Positions 1-10,664 are shown, counted from the first letter of the stretch. The stretch: 64,000 nt of DNA from Vulcanimicrobiota bacterium (GCA_963777315.1 CAVZQC010000001.1:352001-416000); one strand, 5' to 3'. Notes: generated by a model not told the origin, from the sequence alone. Program-made: numbers and translations.

Positions 1-173
1 ATCTCTTCGTCGGGGAACATCAGCCCGCAGTCCACGGCAACCATGTCGGCGGCCGTCTCGAGCAGCGTCATGTTGCGGCCGATCTCGCCGCATCCGCCCA
101 GCGGGATGATGCGCAAGTACGGTTCGCCGGGCGGCTGCGGCACGATCAGCGGGTGGGCCGCCGAGTCAAGCAT
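1..173 (-). CDS. rnj: Ribonuclease J, N-terminal part (truncated by window edge)
   Basis: Manual reverse translation from ATG at 173: MLDSAAHPLIVPQPPGEPYLRIIPLGGCGEIGRNMTLLETAADMVAVDCGLMFPDEE, matching the RNase J motifs IPLGGxxEIGxN and DCGxxFP. Confidence 0.9.
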   Translation of the reverse strand, partial: MLDSAAHPLIVPQPPGEPYLRIIPLGGCGEIGRNMTLLETAADMVAVDCGLMFPDEE

Positions 174-208
174 CTTGGCAGCAGGTCGCTTCGGCGTGAT
201 GGAGCGGC

Positions 209-481
209 ATGCTCTTTCGTTACCCCGCCGCGCTGGCACTGACCTTGGCTCTGTCCGCGCCGGCCTCCGCTCCGAAAAGCGTGGGCCACGCTCGTCGTCC
301 GACGCAGTTGCATGCTGCGTCTACGGTTCGCGTCGACGATCTCTATTCGCGCCGCGCGCTGCGGCGCGCGAGGATTATCCTGCAGTTGAAGCTCCTCGAG
401 CTGCGCGCCGAACGGCTGGAACGCGTGCGTAAAGCGTTGAAACGCAGCATCCCGATCGATCGATTGCTCGACGACTTTTGA
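209..481 (+). CDS. Small hypothetical protein with possible signal peptide
   Basis: 90-aa ORF with hydrophobic N-terminus (ALALTLALSA) and basic helical C-terminus; fills the gap between rnj and Yip1; no family recognised. Confidence 0.45.
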   Translation: MLFRYPAALALTLALSAPASAPKSVGHARRPTQLHAASTVRVDDLYSRRALRRARIILQLKLLELRAERLERVRKALKRSIPIDRLLDDF

Positions 482-521
482 CGTCCCGGCGCGCTCAGAC
501 AGGCCGCCTTCGCGACGCCCG

Positions 522-548
522 TGAAACAATGCGCGACCGATTTGCGTA
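522..548 (+). promoter_or_regulatory. Putative ECF sigma promoter (SigW-like) TGAAAC-N17-CGTA
   Basis: tgaaac 522-527, 17-nt spacer, cgta 545-548, about 45 nt upstream of the Yip1 ATG at 593. Confidence 0.6.
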
Positions 549-592
549 CGAGCGGTCGGCGTGCTTTTCGTTTGGAGACGATGGGGGGACGC

Positions 593-1321
593 ATGGGCAT
601 ATCCGTACCGGCTGCCGGTAAGGCAAACGGTTTTTCAACGGTTGTAAACGTCATCACCGCCCCGCGCGAAGCGTTTGAAACGCTGCGCATTTCGCCGATG
701 TGGGGCTGGGCGTTCGTGGCGGCCGTCGTGCTGACCGCCATCGGTCAATACCTGGCAATGCCGGCGACGGTGCACGCGATGCAGGCGTCCTGGCCCGCGC
801 AAATGGCCTCGAATCCGCAACTGGCCGGAGCCTCGCCGCAGGCGCAGCGCAGCGCGCTCAACATCTCTCTCGCTTTCATCAAATGGTCGTGGGTGTGGTC
901 GCCGCTGGTCGTGCTGGTCGGCGCGCTCGTGGCGGCGATCGTGATGTTCATCTTCAAAGCAATCGGGCGCGGGGACGCGGGCTTTAAACAGATGTGGTGC
1001 GCCGCTATGAACGTGGCAGTCGTCAGCGCCGGAGTATCGTCGCTCGTCACCGGTTTAATCGCCGTCGTCCGCGGCGCCGACAGCTACAACGCGACGGCCG
1101 ATGCGTACCGCGCGCTTCCTTCGCTGGCGTGGCTGGTTCCGCAGGCGGCGGCGAAGACTTCGGCGTTTCTCGCCGGCTTCAACGTCATCAGCATCTGGGC
1201 GGCAGTATTGATCGTCGTGGCCATGGTGCACCTGGCCAAAACTTCCGCAGCGCTCGGAACCGTTTGCGCCATCGTCATGCTGTGCATCGGCGCGGGAGCG
1301 CTGACCCTGGGCGCCCGCTGA
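593..1321 (+). CDS. Yip1-domain membrane protein (YknW-like)
   Basis: N-terminal 'VITAPREAFETL' motif, about 5 TM segments, first gene of an ABC efflux operon; start at 593 (GGGGGA upstream) or 581. Confidence 0.75.
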   Translation: MGISVPAAGKANGFSTVVNVITAPREAFETLRISPMWGWAFVAAVVLTAIGQYLAMPATVHAMQASWPAQMASNPQLAGASPQAQRSALNISLAFIKWSWVWSPLVVLVGALVAAIVMFIFKAIGRGDAGFKQMWCAAMNVAVVSAGVSSLVTGLIAVVRGADSYNATADAYRALPSLAWLVPQAAAKTSAFLAGFNVISIWAAVLIVVAMVHLAKTSAALGTVCAIVMLCIGAGALTLGAR

Positions 1322-2665
1322 ACTTGACGATCTTCCTTCTGCTTTCGCTCTCGCTCTCACAGGCAGTCGGTTACGCTATCGATCAGAGTCCGGCGGTGGC
1401 CAAACAGAAAGGCGTCGTCGCGCAGGCGCAGGCGCAGTACGTGAAGCAGCGTTCGCAGTCGCTGCCCACGCTGAACGGGCAGCTCACCAATCAAATGCAG
1501 AAGTCGGCCAACTATTCAGGCGCTTATGGCCTCATCGGCGCCTCGCAGGCTTCGGTCTTCTCGCAAAATACCGCCCAGATCGGCACGCAGTACACCTACA
1601 ACGGCGGCCTATCGCACTTTCAAAACCTCGTCGCGCAGCAGACGTACCAGCAAGCCAAGGCGGATCTGCGCCGAATCGGCGATCAAATTGCAACCGACGT
1701 GACCAACGGCTTTTACGATTTGGCGAGCAAAACGGAAACCGTTGCGCTGGACGAAGGCGACTTGGGATACCAAAAGGTCCTCGTGGAGATCGCTCGCGCC
1801 AAAGAACGCGCAGGCGTTGCCGCCGGAGTCGACGTGCTCAGCGCCAACGCGCAGGAAGAGAAAAGCCGGTACGCGCTGGAAGCCGCGCAGGCGGGCGCCC
1901 AAAATTCACGCGAATCGCTGGCTCAGCTCATCGGCGCGCCGCTGGACACTCAGTTCGCCGTTTCCGAGCAGGTCGCGCAGCCCGCGCTGCCCGCGCAGCC
2001 TCTCGACGCGTTGGTCGCAACCGCAATCGCAAACCGGCCCGACGTCGTTTCTGCGCAGGAAGGCGTCGACATCGCGCAACTCAACCGCAGGTCGGCCGAC
2101 ACGGACTTGTTTCCGCAAATTCAAACGTTCGCATCCTTCGGCAACCAATTCTCGCCTACGCTTGCGGCGTTGCAGCAAAACCAGCTCAATCTCTTCAACG
2201 CGCAGAACGGCCTGCCGCCGACGGTAGTTCCGCGCGGTGCACCGGGGTTCTGGAACGTCGGGATCACTTCGGGCGTTACCCTGCCGTTTTGGGATTGGGG
2301 CGCACGGCGGGCGAACCATCGAAACCTCGACGAGCAAATCGCGGTTCAGCGCAGCAATTTAGGCGCCACCCGGATTCAGGTGGAGATCGACGTGCGGCAA
2401 GCCTACCGCGGCGCACAGACCGCGCTCGCGCAGTCTGTCGTCGGCGCAAGACGAGACCCGGTACGCCCTGGAAGCCGCGCGGATCGCCAAGCTCCAGTAC
2501 GAGCACGGGATAAAAACGCTCACCGACGTGCTGGCCGCGCAGCAAGCTTCGCTTTCGGCGCAAACCGATCTCTTCGACGCGCGCGTGGCCTACGTCGACG
2601 CCGTCGTAAAACTCCGCGTCGCTCTGGGAACCTACGACGCGCAGTCGGCCGTCGCGGACCTTTAG
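1318..2665 (+). CDS. TolC-family outer membrane efflux protein (one +1 frameshift at about 2434)
   Basis: OEP repeats (LSLSQAVGYA, NRPDV, LPFWDWG). Removing t2434 restores QLSSAQDETRYALEAARIAKLQYEHGIKTLTDVLAAQ...ADL* to TAG 2663-2665; start uncertain (1318 or 1324). Confidence 0.85.
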
Positions 2666-2683
2666 GCGTTAGGAGGATACGGT

Positions 2684-3980
2684 TTGAAACGACTTCCGGT
2701 TTTGCTGGCCGTGATCGTAGGTATCGCCGCCATCCTCGTCGTCGCCAAGTTCGCCAACCGCAGCGGGCAGGGTGCCGGGGTTCCGGTCAAGTTGTTCACG
2801 GTTCGCCCGTCGAGCTTTCAGACCAAGCTTCCGGAAAACGGCGTAGTCCAGCATCCGCGTACCGCAACGGTACCCACGCTCATCGGTGGCAACGTCGATC
2901 AGATCTACGTCAAACCCGGTGACGCGGTCGCAACCGGACAAGTGCTGGCGACCATCGAGAATCCGACGCTGGAATCCACGGCTGCGGGCTCGCAGGCCGA
3001 CTACACGTCGGCGGTCGCCAACATTCGCACGGCGCGCATCAACGAGCAGAACGCGCGAGTGACCTATCGGGCGCAGGTCCAGACCGCCAAGGCGGACTAC
3101 GGCGAAGCGCTGCGCGTCTACAAAGCCGATCTTTCCCTGTACGAAAACAAGGCGATCCCGCGCAATCAGGTGGATACCGACAAAGCAGCGCTGGAGAAAG
3201 CGCGCGTCGCGTACGATCAGGCGGTGCGCCAGCTGCAGCTCGGAGCCGTTACGGGCTACGGCGAGAACAGCGTGCAGTACGCGCAGGCCGCTGCGCAAAA
3301 GGCGGCAATCACCAACCGGGCCAATCAAGAACAGCTGTCGTTCACGCGCGTAACGGCCCCCTTCTCGGGCGTCGTTCAAAGCGTCGCCACGCAGCCGGGA
3401 GATCCGCTTACTCCGCTTCGGCAAGGCGACCCCGTGTCGCAAGGACAAATGCTGTTCACGATCGCCAAAGCCGGCAGTCTACGTCGTGAAAGCTCAAGTG
3501 GACGAGCAAGACGTGATCAGCGTGCGCGTCGGTCAGCCGGCCATCGTTTCGGGCCAGGATTTTCCGGGGCGGCATATCGCAGGGCACGTCGCCCGGATAG
3601 ATCCCGTCGCGATTAAATCGACGGACGCGTCGAGCACCGCCAAGCAAGTCGTTACGACCATCCGTCTGGACAGCTCGCCGGAGTACCTCAAAGACGGTAT
3701 GACCGTCGACGTGGACATTCTCACATCCAACGTGCGCAACGCGCTCACCGTGCCGAACGACGCGGTTTCCAGCGACAACGGCAAGTCCTATGTGTACGTC
3801 GTTCGCAAGGGCGTCGCCCACAAGACGTGGATTCGCACCGGGCAGTCCAACGACGCCGTAACGATCGTCCAAGCCGGCATAACGCCGGGGCAAGTGATCG
3901 TCGCGCAGAAAATGCCTGCGCTCAAAGACGGCGCTCGCGTGACTCCCGCGCCTTCGGCTGCACCCCTTTCGGCCTCGTGA
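2684..3980 (+). CDS. Efflux periplasmic adaptor subunit (HlyD/MacA-like), +1 frameshift at about 3478
   Basis: VKPGDAVATGQVL, coiled coil, VTAPFSGVV; continues in ORF 3486-3980 (VDEQD...LKDGMT...LTVPNDAV); AGGAGG RBS. Confidence 0.88.
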
Positions 3981-5170
3981 CGCGAACGCTGGCCTACGTG
4001 GGCGAAGCGGCGGCGGCACTGTGGCGCAACCGCACGCGCTCGGTTCTCACGATGCTCGGCATGATCATCGGCACGGCGTCGATCATCGCGGTCTTCGGCA
4101 TCAGCAAAGGCGCAACCAGCGGTATCAGCGCGACGATCTCATCGTTCGGTTCCGCGCCGGTATTCGTGTACGTCGACACGACGCAAGACTATCCGCAGTA
4201 CGCTCAGATTCAGTTTCGCGACGTGACGGCCGTGGCAGCGGCGCTGGGAGATCAGGCGGCCGAAGTGCTGCCGTATTACCAGCGCGTTTGGCAAGTCCGC
4301 TACGGGAACACTACCCAGTACGTTCCCGTAAGCGCCGACGGAGCGTACCATCCTGAAACGCAGCCCATGGCGCAAGGCCGCAAGATCAGCCAAAACGACG
4401 TGGATTCGGCTGCTCGCGTTGCGACGATCACGGCGGACGTCGCGCAAAAGCTGTTCGGCAATGCGGACCCCCTAGGCAAAGAGATCTCGATCGACGGCAC
4501 GCATTTTACCGTCGCCGGCGTGTACCGGCGGCTGCAAGGCTCGTTCTTCAACGCGCTCGCCGGCAGCAACGCCGTCGTCATTCCGTATACGACTTTTCAC
4601 CGAATCATGCCCGGCACGCTGGACGGTCTGCTGATCTATCCCAGCGCCGGATCGGACGTGGCGCAATTGATCGCCAGCACCAAAAAGGCGCTGCAGCACG
4701 CGCATGGGCCGCGCTCGCAGTACGACGACCAAAACGGCGAATCGCAGATCCAGGCCTTCGAAAACGTCTTGAGCATCATCGGTACCGGGCTGTCGGCCAT
4801 CGGCGGAGTCGCTTTGGTGGTCGCGGGCATCGGAATCATGAACATCATGCTCGTGTCCGTCACCGAACGCACCCGCGAGATCGGCATCCGCAAATCGATC
4901 GGCGCGAGCCGCAACGACATCGCGCTGCAATTCCTGATGGAAGCGCTGCTGCTCGCGCTGCTGGGGGGAGGGGCCGGCATGCTCTTGGGCTTGGCGGCGA
5001 CGATCGGCGGCGCGCAACTGATCAGCAACCAGCTCGGCGCAGTCATCATTCCCTACGTGCTGATCGTTTCGCTGGCTTTGGGTTTTTCGATAGCGGTCGG
5101 AACGATCTTCGGCATGTATCCGGCGCTGCGCGCCGCCCGAATGGACCCTATCGAGGCGCTGCGATCGTGA
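3977..5170 (+). CDS. ABC transporter permease (MacB/FtsX family)
   Basis: RSVLTMLGMIIG, GIGIMNIMLVSVTERTREIGIRKSIGA, PIEALR; GTG overlaps upstream stop (GTGA). Confidence 0.92.
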   Translation: MTRTLAYVGEAAAALWRNRTRSVLTMLGMIIGTASIIAVFGISKGATSGISATISSFGSAPVFVYVDTTQDYPQYAQIQFRDVTAVAAALGDQAAEVLPYYQRVWQVRYGNTTQYVPVSADGAYHPETQPMAQGRKISQNDVDSAARVATITADVAQKLFGNADPLGKEISIDGTHFTVAGVYRRLQGSFFNALAGSNAVVIPYTTFHRIMPGTLDGLLIYPSAGSDVAQLIASTKKALQHAHGPRSQYDDQNGESQIQAFENVLSIIGTGLSAIGGVALVVAGIGIMNIMLVSVTERTREIGIRKSIGASRNDIALQFLMEALLLALLGGGAGMLLGLAATIGGAQLISNQLGAVIIPYVLIVSLALGFSIAVGTIFGMYPALRAARMDPIEALRS

Positions 5171-5177
5171 GCCGAAC

Positions 5178-6371
5178 GTGATGTACCTGGACGAGGCGCT
5201 GCGCGTGCTGCTGGCAAACAAGGTGCGCTCGCTGCTGACCATCACCGGGCTGATTATCGGCGTGGGTGCGGTCATCGCCATTCAAGTATTGGGCAAGAGC
5301 ATGGCGGGCGCCGTGGGAGGCGCCTTGGGAAGCATGTCTGACGATTCGTTTTTCCTGCAGCCCAATCCGACGCAGGCAAACGTCGAACGCGCGATGGTAA
5401 CGCGCTCGGATCTCGTCGCACTGGCCGGCGTTCCCAACGTCACCGCGGCAATCCCGCTGATGGGCGCAAACGATCTCGTACGGCATGGCCACCAGCAGGC
5501 GCGCTACTTCATTACGGGCGACGCGGCGCAGCCTATCAACGATTCGCCGCTGCAGTTCGGCCGCCGCTTGAGCGACGAGGACGTCGACGGCGCCACGAAC
5601 GTTTGCGTCATCTCCGACCGCGCGTACCGCAAATTATTTGCGCCCGGCGGCGACCCGCTAGGCGAAAGCATTTATGCGGGCGTCCACCGGTACGTCGTCG
5701 TAGGCGTGCTCGCGCCGCCCCGCAGCGGGTTGCTGAACTTCAGCTTCGGAGGCGACGTATACGCGCCGTACACCACGGTGATGAAGCAGTATCTGCACGG
5801 GGACCGCGTCGGATCGGCCCGCATCATCGTACGGGACGCGGGGCAGCTAGCGATGACCGAAGTGGCGGTCATCGCCAAGATGCGCGATCTGCACGGCAAC
5901 GCGCGCCTGCAGTACACCACTTTCGACAAAGCGCAGCTGACCAAAGGGATCGACGGGATATTCGGCGTGATGACCATTGCGGTTGGCTTCATCGGCGCGG
6001 TTTCGCTGCTGGTCGCCGGCATCGGCATCATGAACATCATGCTCGTGTCGGTAACGGAGCGCACGCGCGAAATCGGCGTCCGCAAAGCCATCGGCGCGCG
6101 CCGCGGGCAGATTCTGCTGCAGTTCTTTATCGAGGGCTTGATGCTGTGCGGGCTGGGATGCGCGATCGGCATGCTGCTTGGACTGGCGATAGGCGGGGCG
6201 GTCAATTCGCTGGCGATCGTCAAGCTGACCGGTTACGCTGCGCCGCTGCCTTGGGCGCAGTCGCTGCTCATCACCGCCGCGTTCACGATCTTCGTCACGT
6301 TGGCGTTCGGCACGTACCCCGCATATCGCGCCGCCCAGCTCGACCCCATCGAAGCGCTGCGCTATGAGTGA
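5178..6371 (+). CDS. Second ABC transporter permease (MacB/FtsX family)
   Basis: RSLLTITGLIIG, NIMLVSVTERTREIGVRKAIGA, DPIEALRYE. Confidence 0.92.
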   Translation: MMYLDEALRVLLANKVRSLLTITGLIIGVGAVIAIQVLGKSMAGAVGGALGSMSDDSFFLQPNPTQANVERAMVTRSDLVALAGVPNVTAAIPLMGANDLVRHGHQQARYFITGDAAQPINDSPLQFGRRLSDEDVDGATNVCVISDRAYRKLFAPGGDPLGESIYAGVHRYVVVGVLAPPRSGLLNFSFGGDVYAPYTTVMKQYLHGDRVGSARIIVRDAGQLAMTEVAVIAKMRDLHGNARLQYTTFDKAQLTKGIDGIFGVMTIAVGFIGAVSLLVAGIGIMNIMLVSVTERTREIGVRKAIGARRGQILLQFFIEGLMLCGLGCAIGMLLGLAIGGAVNSLAIVKLTGYAAPLPWAQSLLITAAFTIFVTLAFGTYPAYRAAQLDPIEALRYE

Positions 6372-7089
6372 TGCGCGCTGCGTCATCGAAGTCCGGGACG
6401 TAACCAAAACATATTCTTCGGGCACGCTGCAGGTGCAGGCGCTGGCAGGTGTGTCGTTTACGATTCGAGCGGGCGAGTATCTAGCGATAATGGGGCCGTC
6501 GGGTTCGGGCAAATCGACGCTGATGAACGTGCTGGGATGTCTGGACCGCGCGACGACGGGCACGTATTTGCTCGACGGCGCCGACGTTTCCAATTTGGAC
6601 GACAACCAGCTCGCGCAGATTCGTTTGAAAAAGCTTGGCTTCGTTTTCCAAGGTTTCAACCTGCTCGCGCGCACGGACGCGGCCAAAAACGTCGCTCTGC
6701 CGCTCTTCTACGCGGGCGTGAGCGCAAAGGAACGCAACGCGGCCGCGATGCGGCAACTTGCCGAGGTCGGGCTGGCCGATCGCGGCCGCCACAAGCCCAG
6801 CGAGCTCTCCGGAGGGCAGCAGCAGCGCGTGGCGATAGCCCGCGCACTCGTCAACGATCCGGCCGTGCTGCTCGCCGACGAGCCCACCGGCAATCTCGAC
6901 TCCAAAACGAGCGCCGAGATCCTCGCGCTGTTCGGCAGGCTCAGCGGGGCCGGGCACACGATCATCATGGTGACGCACGACGAAAACGTCGCTTCCCATG
7001 CCGCGCGAGTGCTTCGAATGCTCGACGGTCTGATTATTTCCGACGGCCCTTCGGCTCAGCCGGGCGGCAGGCTTCTCATCAAATCCTAA
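6364..7089 (+). CDS. ABC transporter ATP-binding protein (MacB/LolD-like)
   Basis: Walker A GPSGSGKST, signature LSGGQQQRV, Walker B LLADEPTGNLD. Confidence 0.95.
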   Translation: MSDARCVIEVRDVTKTYSSGTLQVQALAGVSFTIRAGEYLAIMGPSGSGKSTLMNVLGCLDRATTGTYLLDGADVSNLDDNQLAQIRLKKLGFVFQGFNLLARTDAAKNVALPLFYAGVSAKERNAAAMRQLAEVGLADRGRHKPSELSGGQQQRVAIARALVNDPAVLLADEPTGNLDSKTSAEILALFGRLSGAGHTIIMVTHDENVASHAARVLRMLDGLIISDGPSAQPGGRLLIKS

Positions 7090-7196
7090 GGGCTGCGGGC
7101 GCTACTTTTTTACGCGCGCAGGGTAGAAATCGCCATACCGCCCATTCTTTACGGCACCTGCCGTTTCCAGGGGCGTTCGCTCCATTAAGTTGAGGA

Positions 7197-8450
7197 ATGT
7201 TGAGAAATCGCGCATTGCCCACGGCCATCGTCGCTTTGGTGGGCGCAGTCGTCGGCTCGTTCGTGATGATGCTCTATGCGAGCACCCACTTTTCGAACAT
7301 CGCCGGCCCGAATAACACTCCGCCTGCGGTCAGCGCCGCTCCGCTCACCGGAGGCAGCGACCAAGACCGGATCGTCAGCGCGGTCAAACGCGCCAAGCCC
7401 GCCGTAGTCGCCATTACGATTACGGTCAATGGAAAGCAGTACATCCCGGTGGATCCCTTCCTGCAGCAGTTTTTCGGCCAGCAGGGACCCGGAATCGTGC
7501 AGCCGTACCGCGGCAAAGCCTCCGGATCGGGATTCGTGTACAACACCAAGGGTGATATCGTCACCAACGCGCACGTCGTGCGGCCGCCGATTTCGGGCGC
7601 GCAGGTCAGCAATATCACGGTGACGTTTCCCAACGGCACCCACGCGAACGCGCATTTAGTGTCGGCGAACATCGGCGCCGATCTTGCCATCATTCACGTC
7701 GATACCAAGAATTTGCCGCCGCCGCTGGCGTTGGCCGATTCCGACAAGCTGCAGCAAGGCCAATGGGCAATCGCAATCGGTGAACCTTACGAGCTGCAGC
7801 AAAGCGTGACGGTGGGCGTCGTTTCCGCATTCAACCGCAGCGAACCAATCACGACCGAAACGGGTCAAACGCTGACGTTCAAAGGCCTGCTGCAGACCTC
7901 GGCGCCGATCAATCCGGGCAACTCCGGAGGCCCGCTGGTCGACGCGAACGGTGAAGTCATCGGCGTCAACCAGTCCACCTTGCGCGGCGGCGCCGAAGGC
8001 ATCGGCTTTGCGATTCCGTCCAATACCGTCAGACGCGTGGTCGATCAGATGATCGCGCACCCGGGCATTACCGAGCCGCCTGTGCAGGCGTTTTTGGGCG
8101 TGGGCCTGGCGCCGATCACGCAAGGCTTCCGCAACCAGACCGGCTACCGCGATCAGGGCGGCGTCGGGGTGGCGCAAGTCATCAGCGGCTCTTCCGCCGA
8201 TCGAGCGAACATCAATCCGGGGGACGTCATCCTCAAGTTGAACGGCAAGGCCTACAACAACGTCCGCGACCTCCAAAACGCCATCGGCAAGCTGCGCAGC
8301 GGCGACAAAATAACCCTCGAGATATGGTCGCAGGGGACAAAACGCCTCGTGCAGGTCACCCTCGGGTCGCGGCCGGCAGGCACGAGTTACCAGCAGCCGC
8401 AGGACCAGCAGCCCCCAGACGAGCAGCCCGGCGACCAGCAGGGCCCCTAA
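7197..8450 (+). CDS. htrA: HtrA/DegP-family serine protease with PDZ domain
   Basis: N-terminal TM, SGSGF, TNAHVV, ADLA, INPGNSGGPL, C-terminal PDZ (GDVILKLNG). Confidence 0.92.
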   Translation: MLRNRALPTAIVALVGAVVGSFVMMLYASTHFSNIAGPNNTPPAVSAAPLTGGSDQDRIVSAVKRAKPAVVAITITVNGKQYIPVDPFLQQFFGQQGPGIVQPYRGKASGSGFVYNTKGDIVTNAHVVRPPISGAQVSNITVTFPNGTHANAHLVSANIGADLAIIHVDTKNLPPPLALADSDKLQQGQWAIAIGEPYELQQSVTVGVVSAFNRSEPITTETGQTLTFKGLLQTSAPINPGNSGGPLVDANGEVIGVNQSTLRGGAEGIGFAIPSNTVRRVVDQMIAHPGITEPPVQAFLGVGLAPITQGFRNQTGYRDQGGVGVAQVISGSSADRANINPGDVILKLNGKAYNNVRDLQNAIGKLRSGDKITLEIWSQGTKRLVQVTLGSRPAGTSYQQPQDQQPPDEQPGDQQGP

Positions 8451-8453
8451 AAC

Positions 8454-8492
8454 TTCCCGGGGACCGGCGCCTGCCGGTCCCCCGCTCGGGAA
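8454..8492 (+). terminator. GC-rich hairpin after htrA (possible terminator)
   Basis: ggggaccggc 8459-8468, loop gcct, gccggtcccc 8473-8482; flanked by ttccc...gggaa; no clear U-tract. Confidence 0.5.
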
Positions 8493-8536
8493 GGCGACCC
8501 TTGCAACTCGGCCGCGGCGGAATCTGTTCAACTCAT

Positions 8537-8562
8537 TGGAACATTAAGATAGCGATGCCGTA
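8537..8562 (+). promoter_or_regulatory. Putative ECF sigma promoter TGGAAC-N16-CGTA upstream of dnaK
   Basis: tggaac 8537-8542, 16-nt spacer, cgta 8559-8562 in an AT-richer intergenic stretch. Confidence 0.55.
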
Positions 8563-8692
8563 CTATAACCGGCACGTAACTATCCTTGCAGCCCGGTAAG
8601 CGGCAAGGCTCATTGTCTCCTACGCGCGCATTTCATTCGCGGTTTGGGGCAAACAACAGCTGGTCCACGGGTTCGGAAAGAGGTACAACTTC

Positions 8693-10552
8693 ATGGCAAA
8701 AGTGGTCGGAATCGACCTGGGCACGACCAACTCGGTCGTCGCCGTGATGGAGGGCTCTTCGCCCACCGTCATCGCGAACGCGGAAGGCTCGCGCACCACG
8801 CCGTCGGTCGTGGCATTTACGAAAACCGGCGAACGTTTGGTGGGGCAACTGGCCAAACGGCAAGCAATCACCAATCCCGATCGCACGATCTCCTCGATCA
8901 AACGTCATATGGGCGAAGGCGACTATCGCATCAAGATCGACGGCAAAGACTACACGCCGCAAGAGATCTCCGCGATGGTTCTCCAAAAGCTCGTCAACGA
9001 CGCCAGCAATTACTTGGGCGAGCGCGTCACCAAAGCGGTCATCACCACTCCTGCGTACTTCAACGACGCGCAGCGTCAAGCGACCAAAGACGCCGGCAAG
9101 ATTGCCGGTCTGGAAGTTTTGCGCATCATCAACGAGCCGACGGCGGCAGCGCTGGCGTACGGCTTGGACAAAAAAGGCAACGAAACGATTTTGGTATGGG
9201 ATCTGGGCGGCGGCACGTTCGACGTTTCGATCCTCGAAGTCGGCGACGGCGTCTTCGAAGTCAAGTCGACCAACGGCGACACCCATTTGGGCGGCGACGA
9301 CTACGATCACCGCATCGTGGAATGGCTCGTGACGGAGTTCCGCAAAGAGCAAGGCATCGATCTCAGCGGCGACAAGCAAGCCATGCAGCGCCTGACCGAA
9401 GCCGCTGAAAAAGCCAAGATCGAACTCAGTTCGGTCGTTCAGACGAGCATCAACCTGCCGTTCATCACCGCAGATCAGAACGGTCCCAAGCACATGGACT
9501 TCACGTTCACGCGCGCCAAGTTCGAAGAACTCACCAGCGACTTGACGGATCGCTGCGTCCAGCCGTTCAAAAACGCGCTCGCGGATGCCAAGATCGACAT
9601 CTCGAAGATCGACGAAGTCGTCATGGTCGGCGGTTCGACCCGCATGCCCGTCATACAAGAACTGGTTCGCAAGCTCACGGGCAAAGAGCCCAATCTGTCG
9701 GTCAATCCCGACGAAGTCGTCGCGGTGGGAGCTGCGATTCAAGCCGGCGTGCTCGCGGGGGAAGTCCGCGACGTCGTGCTGCTGGACGTAACGCCGCTTT
9801 CGCTGGGTCTGGAAACGTTGGGCGGCGTAATGACCACGCTCATCGAGCGCAACACGACCATTCCTACCAAAAAGTCGCAAGTCTTCACCACCGCCGAAGA
9901 CGGCCAGACGTCCGTCGACATCCACGTGCTCCAGGGCGAGCGGCCGATGGCCGTCGACAACAAGACGATGGGACGCTTTCGGCTCGAAGGCATTCCCGCG
10001 GCGCCGCGCGGCGTACCGCAGATCGAAGTGTCGTTCAACATCGACGCCAACGGCATCGTCAACGTGAGCGCGAAGGACCTGGGCACGGGCAAGGAGCAGG
10101 CGATCACGATTACCGCTTCGACGAATCTGAGCAAAGACGAAGTCGAGCGAATGGTCAAAGACGCAGAGCTTCAGGCGGCTGCCGACAAATCCAAACGCGA
10201 AGAGGCCGAAGTCCGCAATCAAGCCTCCAGCTTGATCTATTCGACCGAGAAGTCGCTCAAGGAGGTCGGCGACAAACTCGATCCCGGTGCGCGTGGTGAA
10301 GTAGAAAGCGCGTTGGCCGAGCTCAAGCAGATCAGCGAAAACGGCACGGTCGGCGAAGTCAAGCCCGCCGTCGAGCGCCTGCAGCAAGCCAGCTACAAGA
10401 TGGCCGAACTGCTCTACCAGAAGACCGCCGCCGGTAGCAACGGCGCGCAAGACGGCGAAGCGGCCGGCGCGCACGCGGAACCGGAAAGCGGCGCGCAGCC
10501 CGGCGAACCGGCCGAAGACGTTATCGACGCCGAATTCAAGGAAGCAAAATAA
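8693..10552 (+). CDS. dnaK: Chaperone DnaK (Hsp70)
   Basis: [47 protein letters not shown]-terminal DVIDAEF. Confidence 0.99.
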   Translation: MAKVVGIDLGTTNSVVAVMEGSSPTVIANAEGSRTTPSVVAFTKTGERLVGQLAKRQAITNPDRTISSIKRHMGEGDYRIKIDGKDYTPQEISAMVLQKLVNDASNYLGERVTKAVITTPAYFNDAQRQATKDAGKIAGLEVLRIINEPTAAALAYGLDKKGNETILVWDLGGGTFDVSILEVGDGVFEVKSTNGDTHLGGDDYDHRIVEWLVTEFRKEQGIDLSGDKQAMQRLTEAAEKAKIELSSVVQTSINLPFITADQNGPKHMDFTFTRAKFEELTSDLTDRCVQPFKNALADAKIDISKIDEVVMVGGSTRMPVIQELVRKLTGKEPNLSVNPDEVVAVGAAIQAGVLAGEVRDVVLLDVTPLSLGLETLGGVMTTLIERNTTIPTKKSQVFTTAEDGQTSVDIHVLQGERPMAVDNKTMGRFRLEGIPAAPRGVPQIEVSFNIDANGIVNVSAKDLGTGKEQAITITASTNLSKDEVERMVKDAELQAAADKSKREEAEVRNQASSLIYSTEKSLKEVGDKLDPGARGEVESALAELKQISENGTVGEVKPAVERLQQASYKMAELLYQKTAAGSNGAQDGEAAGAHAEPESGAQPGEPAEDVIDAEFKEAK

Positions 10553-10654
10553 GCAGCGCCTTTCGGCGCGGCGCTTCGGAGCGTAAAACCCGGTCCAATC
10601 CACCGGCACCGGGTTTTACGCCCAAACCGCTGCCGCCGAAAGCGACCGCTTATT
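10548..10654 (+). repeat. Long nested inverted repeat spanning the dnaK-grpE spacer
   Basis: aataagc/gcttatt, ctttcggcg/cgccgaaag and a perfect 14-bp gcgtaaaacccggt (10581-10594)/accgggttttacgc (10608-10621). Confidence 0.85.
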
Positions 10655-10664
10655 GAAGAGAAAC

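Noticed and set aside
2431..3480. tolC and adaptor (also ychF, holB, rhodanese, helicase) as pseudogenes or programmed frameshifts
   Set aside because: Single indels with no other decay, no slippery heptamers, and normally essential holB is affected; sequencing error is more parsimonious
8633..10609. 658-aa antisense ORF over dnaK
   Set aside because: Well-known shadow ORF opposite hsp70 genes arising from codon bias; no independent motifs
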